Shown: positions 10,987 to 22,500 of the stretch, one piece after another
Numbering within the stretch: the stretch's first letter is position 1
Layout: every line of letters starts with the position of its first letter
NCBI GenBank assembly: GCA_001724265.1
Contig: MEDY01000321.1
Span: 1 to 34,471, forward strand
DNA: 34,471 nucleotides
DNA from: Rhizaria sp. SCN 62-66
Taxonomy: Eukaryota
Direction of reading: 5' to 3'
Program-made: the position numbers and the translations under genes
Notes under the pieces: model-generated
Database searches by the model: none
What the model saw: only the letters and a program-made list of their open reading frames with translations
What the model was told of the DNA's origin: nothing

Positions 10987-11718
10987 GTGAAGGGGGGCTG
11001 TTTGAAGGAAAAAAAACAAAGTATGAGAGTCAAGGCAGGCGTAAGAGTGGGCGATTCAAAGGAGAAGAAAGAGGACGTTTGAACAAAAACGAAATGACGG
11101 CAGAGCACATCCAGTTAAACACGAGTATCGCTGGAATTTAGATATAGGTAAAATAGTAAACCAAATAATTTCATGGTTGGTATAATGTCCCGCTAGACGG
11201 AGACTGAACTGCATATGTTGCTCATGCAGACACACTTTGCACGGGCGGTTCGCCACACATCGACACACGACTGCTTTTTTCGGTACCCGCACAGATTTTG
11301 ACAGCAGTCAGTCAGATCGCAGTATTCATCGCGTGTATCATCCACATGTTTGTGAAACAATATAAATGTATTTGTTTAGAAATATATAGAAGCAGAATAG
11401 GATATTACGCGGAAAATCGCAGAAGCGCGCTTTTCATTCAAGTCGCGGGCGGGCCAAATAGGCCGTGATCACAGTAACAAACGGGACAAGCAGTGTCGCG
11501 CCAAGTCACACGAACGGGGAAACGGCGCTTTGGGGGGGGAAAAATCATTTGCATAGAGAGTGCACACTGGGGTGCGATACATGAGAGTTTCGACAGAGCA
11601 AAATGAACAACGGCAAGCGACGAAGCTCGGCAGCCTCATAGGTTCCCGAAGATGGAGTCGAGCTGTTGTTCGTGGATATACAGTGTTAGAAAGAATTGCT
11701 ATTTTAGGAGAATCTGAC

Positions 11719-12704
11719 TTAGTTGCTCAGGCTGAGGTACTCCTTGACGACGGAGATCATACTCTTGGAGCCGTCAGCAAGGCGCACGGTGCCACCGTTG
11801 CCCGAGATCAGCTCCTCGATGCCGTTGTCACTGCTGCGAGCAGGCGCATCGGGCGCGGCGCGCTGTAACAAATATAGAGTGGGAACACAACAACAAGGTT
11901 AAAAGAATGACACGTGTTAGGCTCATATTCAGACATGATTAAACAACAAAAAGCACAATAACTCAAACAAAAATGCAAAGATAGCAAAGGCACGCGACTC
12001 TTCTCGTACGAACTACAATAAGAGACTATTCGCCGACGTACGAGACCGGACGAGTCCGAGTTGTTGCGGTGGCCGACCCAGTCGAGCTCCATGAACTTAG
12101 CGACCGTGGCGACATCGATGGGCATCACACGGCCCAGGATGCCGCACGAGCAGCAGAAGGTGATGACGCTAAGGCAGCAGTTGGCGATGCACTCCCCGGG
12201 CCGAGAGTCGGGGCGCGAGGCGCCGCTGAGCACACCTGGCCGCACAAGCAACGCCTGCTCGAAGCCCAGTCCGCGCACGATCGCCTCGGTCTCGCCCTTG
12301 GTGCGGATGTACAGGTTCGAGCTCGCCGCGTCGGCGCCAACGGAGGAGACGAGCGCGAAGTACCGCACGCCCTTGGCCTTAGCGGCGTGCGCCAGGTCGG
12401 ACACGAACGTGTGGTCGACGGCGCGGAAACGCTCCTCGGAGCCCGCGGCCTTGATCGTGGTGCCCACGCAGCAGAAGACAGCGTCGACGTCGGTGGGAAA
12501 GCGCGCAAAGTCGTCGGCGTTGTTGCCGGTGAGGAAGACCTCGGTGACGCGGTCGCGCAGCTCCGCGGGGAGCGCGTTCTTGACAGCCGAGTCGCGGCGG
12601 GTGAAGGCGTACACCTTGGCCACGTCATCCCCGCGGGACGCCAGCGCAAGAACGGTCTTCTGGCCGATGGCGCCAGTGGCGCCGGCGACAAGAACGGTGG
12701 ACAT
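11719..12704 (-). CDS. TIP30/HTATIP2(CC3)-like atypical NAD(P)-binding SDR oxidoreductase; exons 12704-12042, 11862-11719; 268 aa
   Basis: Rossmann motif VLVAGATGAIG. Family-like motifs VFCCVGTTIKAAGSEERFRAVDH, SSVGADAASSNLYIRTKGETE (YxxxK) and RPGVL. The spliced last exon reads RAAPDAP...KEYLSLSN then TAA. Confidence 0.88.
11863..12041 (-). other. spliceosomal intron (179 nt, phase 0)
   Basis: CTC|GTACGT ... CCTAAC ... TACAG|CGC. AT-rich between GC-rich exons. Confidence 0.85.
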
Positions 12705-13535
12705 TGTTGAGGTTAGGGAAAACTGCGGCAGGAGAAAAGGTGATCGTCACACAGAGAGGAAGAATGGGGGGATTGGTGGTGAGGCGAGATCTTCGTTCTG
12801 CATCGGAGATATAGATTTTCTAGATGGTACAGCGTATTACATCAGGCGTCTACAGCGTTATCGTTACGTAAAATGTAAACTATTGCCGATGTGCGGGTCT
12901 GAACATGATATGAACTTTTTGTTACTGAAGAAATGAAGCTTCCGACAATTTGGTGGCTCAGTTCTTGGTGGGTGCCCAGGCTTCCTTCTACACTATCTCA
13001 ACCACCGTAAATACGCACCAGCATACGTGCAATGCAATAGACATAAGTTTAAAAATCAATTTTAATGTAGAAACACAAGTTTTCAACGCAGAACACGGTA
13101 GTCTCTTCATTGATCTATCCTCCAATTCGGGACGACCCCCCCCATCCCCACCATCTGCAGTGTCCATCCCCGAGACGCAGAAAAAGCTGTTTGTGGCTGT
13201 GCGTGATTTCATGAGATATGTTTCCATAAAACGCATTATCTTGGGTTCATTCAACAATATAAATTAGCGCCGCTTTTTATTACTACATATATACGTTGTA
13301 TTGTTGTGTTGCAGACAAACAACACTATGCGTGAAATCCTGACAGAGCTGCATGCAATCAAGTGCGATGCATTCTCTCATCGTAAGGATACTTCAACATA
13401 AAAATATGGCGCTGAAGAAAAATACAGTAACTTCTATGTACAAATAAGCTAAATAAGTGTCATATTATCTCTTCATTTTATGTGACCATCATTAACCGAC
13501 ATATATCTTATCGACAGTAAAGCATTATGTTAGGC

Positions 13536-16500
13536 TTACATCATATCCTTAAAGGACTTGCCGCGCTTGCCATTAGTCCGATCCCATGACGTTTTCGGTG
13601 TCGCTAAGCCCGCCTCCGCACCAGTAGGCAGCGCCCCTGTCTTCGAAACCGCAAAGGGGTTTGTATACTTTGCCTTAAGAGCGGTGCTGATGGGAAGCTT
13701 CGTTTCTTCGTTAATTGCAGTGCTCAAGCGCGCATTCAGGCCGAAGAGACGGGATAGCTTGCTCGGGACATTTCCACCGCTCGCAGTCGTGATGCTGTCA
13801 GTCTTGCTCTCTAAAACATGCGCACTGCGGCTCTCGTTACTCTGTGCAGTTGCACTCGCACTGCTGCTAATAGTCGAGCTACTTTTGCTGCTGCTCTCCG
13901 TGGTTGTCTTGCTGATGTGGTCTTTGAAAACGTCTTCGTCATGCAAACTCTGGAACGCACCCGCACCTGTCAGCATCTTGATCGGCGTAGTCGTTGTCGC
14001 TGCCGCTGCGACCTTGCGACTGCTGCTCTTGATCTTGCCCTCAGCAGCGGCAGCAGCAGAGGCAGGCTTGACCACAGGCGTGAGATTGCCAAGCAGAGTC
14101 GTTTGCACGCCCGCCAGCCCCATCGCAGCGCCCGTCTTGAAGATGTTGGCGCCACCCGCCACCACCAGCCCGCGCGCGCGCTCTTTGACACTATCCCGCG
14201 CCCCCAACGCCTCTGCCGCAGCCGCGGCCGACGGCTGAGCGACGGGCGCCGCGGCAGCGCGCTTGCGACGCACGGTCGTCTTGTTGTTCGCCGCACCTGT
14301 CGCGAGCACGGCGAACGACGACGGCACCACGGCGTGCGTGTTCATAAATCCGTGGCCGGGCGCCAGACCGCCGAGGCTCGCTGAAGCCGAGGCCAGCGAC
14401 GCGCGCAGGCCGGACAGCATGCGCGGGGCTGCGGGAACTGCGGGTCCGGTATGGCGACCGTTGTCATGGTCGTTGTCGCCATGGTCGTCGTCTACGCAGT
14501 CGAGGTCGCGGTCACGGTCGTCGTCTTGCATGTCGTTCGCGTCGATGTAGTTGTCATCACTATGAGCGTTGCGGCGGCTCGTCACGTGCGAGTTGAACCC
14601 GAGCGCGCGCATGCGCGCTGCGTAATCGGCCGAAATGAATGCGTCATCATCGAACTCGTTCGCAGCAGATGATGCGCCCGCACCATCGCTACTAAGGCGG
14701 GCGCGTTTCGGATTAAAGCCTGACGCGGTGCGGCCGTACATGTCAGCGTCATTGTCGCTGGCGTCGAGATCACGGTCGTCGTCGTAACTCTTAGCCTCAT
14801 TACTGCTGCTCTTCTGGCCGCTGCCGCCAAGCATTTGAGCAACCATGTCTTCGACGGTGAGAGTTGCCGCTGTTGTAGGCGCCACAGGAGCAGCCACGTC
14901 AATGTCTGCATGTGCGTCGAGGGTGCCCTGCTGTGTAAACGTGCCCGAAAGCATACTGTACGGAACTTGATGATTAGAAATGGGGTTTCTATAGCTAGGA
15001 TCGTGTTGATCCAAATCGTCACCGTACTCGTCGTCATCATGATCTTCGTGGTCTCCAGCGTTCGTCGACGCAGTTGCTCTGCTGTCATCAAAAGAGTCGG
15101 TAGCAGGCTTAGCCATATCGTTATTCTCGTTAACGTTGTTGCCATCAGGAAGACCTTTTGCAAGTGCTTCGGCGTCATCAACCGAGTCGGCGTTTTGATC
15201 AACCGAAGTACTTTCATCGCTACCCATAAAGCGAGTGATTAGCGCCAACGCTTTGCCATAATCAATCTCCATCGCGAGAGCAGAAGCCTTTCGACCATCA
15301 ACAGAGTCACCGCTCGCATCGACTTCGTTTTCGTTGTTAGTAAAACTCTTCTGGCTGCTGGTGCCGTTGATAATGTTGGCGGTGGCCGCGGGATTAAGGT
15401 CTTCCAACCGATCCGACTCGCTCTTCGGCTTCGCACTCTCGTCGCTATTTTCGTGGGTGCTGCTCATTCTATCTGTGGCTGCTAAACTGTCTAATGTTGC
15501 AGCTGCAGTCAGCGGCGGCGTTGCACCAGGCTCAGTCTTTATCAACGCATGAGAGTTGGACGATGCAGGGCGCTGTGGGGTGCGCTGTGGTGCATGCTGC
15601 GTTGCGTACTGTGTCGGTGCAAAGTGGCCCCGCTGCGATAAACCCTGAAGGTCATCGTGATCGTACTGGCTCCAGTTGCGAGCAGCGCTGCCGCTGTCAG
15701 AACTGCTACCAGCAGCACGGGCAGCAGCAGGCGTTCCTGACCGACTCGCGCCCTGACCAGCACTCGACGCAATGATCGGCCTCGTCGTCCTTCCTTGTGT
15801 CGGCGGTGTCTTAGTCGGTGTCGCGGTTGTCGAACTCTTCTGCGGCGTCGAACGCGCTGGTGAACGGTTGGTAGTTGCGCTCTGCGCTACACGCCGAGTT
15901 GCAGTCACTTCTTCTTCCATCATCTCCGTCAGCCACGTGAGCGACGCACCTTTGTTTGCGTCAACTCCATTACTCACATCAGCTTCGCTGTAATCATTAT
16001 CGTCGCCTGCCACAATCATATTGTGTTCCGCTAAGCTCGTGCTGCTATGCTTACTGTCGCTGTTCTTGTGCGTGTGCTTACTCGTGTGCTCGTCATCACG
16101 CCTATATGCAAATGAACGCAGAGCCTGGAGCGCCAGCCTGGGGTCAAGGTCGCTGCGCGGCACCGTCGCAGCCGCAACATCGTCGCGGTCATCGATGTGG
16201 CACAAACGGGCAATATGGTGAGCACTCTCTTGGGTGAGAGCAAACGCGCGCACACGTTCCGTTGCCCCAGGGGAAAGAGAGCCGTTTGATAACAAGGCAG
16301 CGGTGTCGGCGTCTGATAGAACGACACCCGGCTGCTGTAATGTTGCGGGAACACCAGGTACGAGGGCCGCCGCAGATTGCAAGCGCAAGAGCAGAATGGG
16401 ACGATAGTATGCATTGTCGTGTTTCGTAAGCCATGCAACAAACGCATCCGCAGCCTCTGCAGGCTTCAATTCGCGCTGCTGTTGCAGTTGCTCAGTGTCA

Positions 16501-19500
16501 AGACTAAGATCAGTGCGCCGACGATCATTGCGACTACGATCTTTGAGCGCGCGGTCACTGATATCGAGATCACCGGGCTCGTTGCCACCCGAGATCCAAG
16601 CGCGGTGCAGTGCAGCCTCTTGTTGCTCCGTGTTTAATGCGGCACCGCTTGCATCCGCGCTGTGGCTGGCACTACTATCGCTGCTGTTTGACACATTGTG
16701 GCCGTCACTTGCGTTATTGTTGTTGACGCTGTTGCGCTGAGCTGAAGCAAGCGTGCGTTTGTGTTCGCGCGCGCGGCGCCGGGTCTGACGTCCTTCCCAC
16801 TCGCGCACACACGCAATCGCGGCGGCAGCAGCAGCGGCAACGCTCATGCCGCCACTTGCTGCACCTGCTGGCGCGGCGCCCTCGTCGCCGTCACCGTCGG
16901 GCGCTGCCGTACCACTGTTTGACGCCGGCGCGCTGAAGCTAAAACCTCCGGCGCTACTGCCATTACTGTGACCGTTGTAGCTGCTTGTTGAAACGCCGAG
17001 AAGATCAAGCAGTTGTTTTGAGGCGGCGAGCTCGTCCTCACGCGCCCATACAGCCTCGGCAGCAAGAACTGCAGCCGCACGCGCAAGCATCCCACGCACG
17101 CACGATGTCGCGGCGCCAAGAGTAAGCCCCGTGGGCGCAACCGAAAACGGTGCTGCTGCAGTCACGCACTGTGCAATGAGTGGAGATTCAGATTCACGCG
17201 TAGATCCCGCCAAGACTACCGCGGAAGCAGATGTAGAGTTAGCCGTATCAGTACTCAGACGCGTGTTAAAAGAGAATCGCATGCGCTGCAGTGCAGGGTT
17301 CTGTGCGCGCACTCGTGCAGCCCTGGCCAACGCTAGCACAACTGTGGGGGCGCAGAAGTCGCTGGGGCCCTGCAACACCTTGTCAGTGCCGCATAACACA
17401 GGAAATGTCGTCAGTGCACCAGGTCTTGAGCTTGCACTCCTCTTGCTCGGCTTGCGGGAGCTCTTATTCGCAGTCACATCGTGGTGCTCCAAAAACGCGA
17501 CTGCGGCGGCCACGGCGGCGTCTGCGTCTGCTTCAGCTAGCACAGCAGAGTCGCCGTCCTCAGCGAGGCCGGCAACGCGCGACAGCGTGCGTGCGGCGCC
17601 AGCGGCGGTGGCTGCGGTGGCGAGGCGTGCTTGGGCGGCAATAAGTGCAAACAGCACAGCCGCAGTTGGAGGCGCAAAGCTACCGGCAGCATGACCGGTG
17701 GTAGCGCTAGTGCTGCTGCGGCTTACAGTCGCACCAACAGGGCGAACAGTGATGACGGTGGTGTTGTCCGCACTTGTAGCGTCGGCCCAGTCAAAAGCGG
17801 TGGCTGCAGCGTTGCTGGTAGTGGCACCAGCGCTAAAACCTGAGTTCGAAGTCGCCGAGAAGGCAACGTTAGCGTTGCTGTCTCCTGATGACAGAGAGTA
17901 AAATGTGCTGCATTGCGCAACCGTAAGAAATGGAAGCAGCTCACGGACACAGACATCGGATGCCCGGAACAAGTCGCAACGACGAGACTCGTGGTAGCTC
18001 TGATGATGCCGTGTCAGCGGCCGCTGCGACAACGCGTAAGGCATCGGCAGATTGTTGTAGGAATGAAAGTAAACACGAGCACTGTGACCGGGAGTGCGAG
18101 TGCTACTCTGAGTGCCCGAGTGTCCGTGAGCATCAACGTGGCCGCGAGCACGCGGTGACGAGAACGTGCTGATTGCCTCACCAGTTTGCAGAATCGAGAA
18201 GGCGGAAGAAGCAACTGTAAGCAATGGCTGAACCCAACCCAGTGCGAGCGCAATGTCTGCTCCAGTAAGCGGCTCGAGTGGAATTCCTGCTTGTACACTC
18301 CCGCCACTATTGAAGCTGCTATTGACATTTCTACTGTTGTTTGTCGTCAGATGCAGAAGCACGCAAGCCGCGAGCTCAGCCTGAGTCCGCGCCTTAGCGC
18401 CCGCAGCCGTGGCAGCGGCGAGCTCTGCGGCCGTCGCAAGCTCAGCCTTGCTCGTGCTGACAGCAGTGCCGGTCGTGCGTCCGCTCAGCACGTCCGCAAC
18501 CGTGCTCGCGCTCTGCTGCTGCTGTCTGTCGCTGCTGCGCTGCGCGTGGCTCGCCAGGATGCGCAGCATCGGAAGCTCAAGAGGAATAAGCGACAGCGAC
18601 ACGCCACTCCCGGTAGCCACAACGCCAGGCCCCGCCTCGTGCGCACTCGTATTGGCGCCGCCCGCAGTGGCCGCGGTGGCAGTTGATGTAGGCAGCGCCA
18701 GCAGCTGCAGCAGCGCCTTGCTCACGCCAAGTCCTAACACCGGCGGCAGAGCCGGCGTGCTGTGAGCTTGATTATGAAAAGAGGCAGAAGCGGAGTGCGA
18801 CTGTTGTTGCTCTGCAGCGCGCCAGTTGGCAAGCGCCCTGCGCAACCTCTCTTCGCGCTCGCGCTCACGAGCATCCGCGTCTGCAACCGCGGCAGCAAAC
18901 GAAGCGAGCGCACCAGCAATGTCAAAGCGCCCCATAAACCCCCTCGGCATGTGCATGTTGAGCGTGCTTTTGACGTGCGACTCGGGGGACTCGAACCGCA
19001 CGCGCCAAGCCTGTGCCGCTGCAAGCGCCTCGTCCTCCCAACGCGGCTGTAGCAGCAGTGAGCGCGGACACATCGCGCCCAGCAGCAGCGGCAGCACAAA
19101 AGCCGGCGGAAGGGGCGGGCCCAAAAAGCACAAGTCGCGCCGTGAGATACGATAAGTCTTGCCAGAAACGGGCGGGCCACCTGGCGCGGGTGCGTGGCCG
19201 TAAACAGAGTGGTTGTGGGTCGATGCCGACGTAGACGGGGATGCAGACACGGATGCAGCGGCGCCGTGGGCAGTTACTCCCATGACTGCAAAAGCTGGTG
19301 TCGGAGCATGAGCAGACAGTGCGGAGTAGGAGTGCGAGACGAACGGCAGACATGCAGCTGCAGCGGCAACAGCCTTAGAGCCTAAGTCTGGTGCCCCCAC
19401 CCATGGCAAAGCAGCGCCACCGCTGTGTGTGCCATGCTCGGCAGCTGCACATGAGTCTGACGTGGTGCAGTGTGAATGGAGATGGTATGTGCGAGCGGAA

Positions 19501-22500
19501 GACGGGGGCACGGGGGGCGGCGCCGTCGTCCAGAGATCGGGCGGGGGCGCGAAGATAACCGTGGCAGGGAACAGCAAGGATGCGAGTGATACAAAGACAC
19601 TCTGATCATTGTCCGCGCTAACTGCGTTGTCTTCGCCGCAGCAGACGCAAGTCACTGTACGCACACCGCTGTCGTTTACCACGCTAGCTCCAGTAGAGCA
19701 GTCATGTGCAAGTAGTGACACGGCCGCAGCAACAAGGCCGACAGGCGGGACGCTGTCAGTGTCATTCTCGCCCTCACACTCATTGCCGCATTTCCTCTGC
19801 ATCGCGACCTCAGACAGAATGCTCCTAGCGCCGCGCTGCTCTGAGTTACGCACGACATCCGCGAGGAACTGCCACGGTATCGCAGCGCGGCGGCCCGCAG
19901 CCTTAGCAGGCGCAATAGGGCGACCACCGCGACTGGCACCGTCGACAGTTATACCAGCGCCACCACTCTTGTTCATGCCACTCTTAGCACGCGCACCATT
20001 ACTGCTGTTGCTGCCATTGTACAACAAAGCGTTATTGTTGTTAGCGCTGAAGCTGGCGCTCAGCAAGCTAGCGTTTGAGATCGAGTCAGTAGATGAAGTG
20101 TGAATTGCAGCGGCGCACTGTGGGCACACAGGCAACTCCGGCACATTCACGGCTGCAGGCGCAGCAGAAGCGGATGAACCGTCGCTCATCGCCAATGTTG
20201 CTGTCAATGCGTTGTCGCCCAGCAACGAGTCCACCGCTGCACCGTCAGTTGCATTCGCACTCGCAGATGAGCTGCTGTTGCCCGCGTGCGCTGCGTTACG
20301 AGCAGAAGCGGCATCTGGGTTCCGATTACGTGAGTGCACAAACGCGTGGTTGTGCATGCGCAACCGGTAGAAGTCAACCGCTTTCGCGGGGCCCAAGCGC
20401 GGGTCCAGCGGCGTAGACCGCGACTGGTCCCAGAACGCCGCGTCCAGCGGGTTCAGCGACGACCGCGGCGGCACGCGCGGCGCCGCAGTCGCCAGCGTGT
20501 CCCGCCAGCAGTGACCGTGAGCAGCGCCCGAAGAGCCCAGCCCGGTGGGAGTAAACGGGAAACGGGCGTCAAGGCGCGGTGGTGAAGGCATAGCGGGCGC
20601 GATCGTAAGCGCGGCCAGATCGCCGACCATCGAGTGGCGAAAACCAAGGCGTGCGCGCGCGAAGGCGGCCACAAAGTACGGTGAACGCGCGGACAGATAT
20701 GGCACGGTTGTCGCGGTGGCTGCAGCGCTCGCAGCAGCGGCTGCTGCAGCAGCAGCGTAATATGGCGACGGCTGCAGCGTCGCGGTCGCCACAGAAGCGT
20801 ACCCACCGTCAGAGAGAGCTGCAGAGTCCGTGCTTGTAGCAGATGCAGCCGCGGCCTTAGCTGCACGCGTGTGCGCGGCCTCAGCCTCCTCAGCAGCCTC
20901 AGTCGCGGCAATCACCGCGAGCACCTCCTCGCCCGAGCCCGTTTCCGTCTCCAGAAACATGCGCAGCGCGGTCTTGACGCCCATGCGCGGCAGGGACGGC
21001 AAGTAATCGCAGCCCGAGAGCAGACACACGTCGATAAAGCGCGAGCGCGAAGCCGACGCGAGCGCCAGCAGCGCGGAGAGGTCGTGGCGGGACACGGACG
21101 GCACTGCGGGCAGCGGCAGCGCCTGGGGCGGCGCGGGCAGCGCGGGCTGAGCGCGCGGAGCGGCGGGTGCCGCGGCAGGCTTCGTGGTCACTTCAGCCAC
21201 TGTAGTCGCTGATGTCACCGCCGCAACTGCAACAGCGGCGTTGTTGTTGTTGCTAATGCCGCTGGTCGTATTGCTATTGTAGCCATAGTCTTGCTCAATA
21301 TCTGAGTCCCCATCGATATGGATATCGGGCTGCAGCCGACTCACATCACCGCCGTTCGCAGCAATGACGCCGAACAGCGACAGAGACGACTATGATGATG
21401 ACGACGACGGCAGTGACAAAGACGCAGGAACTGCTGCGCTGTCGGCCTCCGTTTCCTTCCCTTTGGCGGCTTTGGGCTTGCGACCCCGCTTCGCCGCAGC
21501 AGGCTTCATTGACACAGCATCGTCGCCGTCGTCGCCGTCAACAATTGCCGTTGCAGTCGCTATTGCGCCCTTCTTCCTCGCGCTAACCTTGCTCGACGCA
21601 GCGTCAGTGCTATGGCTGTTGTTAGCACCGCGTTTCATCAGCAGTGCAAAGGCATTAGTCTGCGGCGTCACGAGCGCGGTTGAAGGGGAAGATGAATCAC
21701 CCACCGGAGTGCTGAAGTCGATCGTGACGGTGTCAGGCAGCGCGGGTGTTGGCAGACCGCTGCCGCTCGCGCCACTGGCACCGCGGCGACCACGGCCACT
21801 TGCGCCAGTTTGCGCTAGGAGAGAAAGCGTCGAGATGTCATCACCCTCATCGCCATCGTTGCAGTTGCTTGCATCGGCTGCAGCGGCGTCTGCTGTCACG
21901 GTCGCAATGACAGCGCGCACACGCGCCAACAACGCCGCGTCGCGTGCACTCGCGCTCCCGCTCGCGTCCCCAGCCTGCTTCTGCAGTGCGTGCGACTGCG
22001 GGTACAGCAATGACTGCGGCTGCGCCTGTGCTTCCGCGTGCGTGAGCGCAGCGATAACGTGCGCGGCCCACTCGCGGCGCCACTGCCGCAACAGCACGGC
22101 AAGCCCCGCGCGCGCGGCGGCGTCGTCACGGTGGAACCAGAACGCCGCCGCGTCGTCCGCGGCGCCCGTGTTGACGTTGAGGCACGACCAGTCGTTCTCA
22201 TCATCAGCATCACTGCTGGCGTCGCCGTTGCTCTCGCTGTTGTTGCCAAAGATGCTCGCGATGAAGGCGACGACGCCCTCGGCGACCGCGACGCCGTCCG
22301 CGCCCCTGATCGCGCCCGCGCTGCCGGTCGCGACGCCGCCGTTGGCGCCGATGTTGGCCTGCGACATCGCGTCGACCTCGAGAGAGCGCGCTGCGAACCG
22401 CGGCTGCCCGTCCACAAAGCTCAGCCCGCGCACATCGTCGGCAGCACCAGAGCTTGGTCCGGCGCTGGCGCTGCTGCTGCTGCTGCTCGATTTGCTGGTA

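Noticed and set aside
13536-21344. Treating the 2602-aa ORF as a separate gene
   Set aside because: It starts at GTG rather than ATG, is in frame with the upstream XPG ORF, has no promoter-like spacer and carries the missing H3TH part of the same nuclease.
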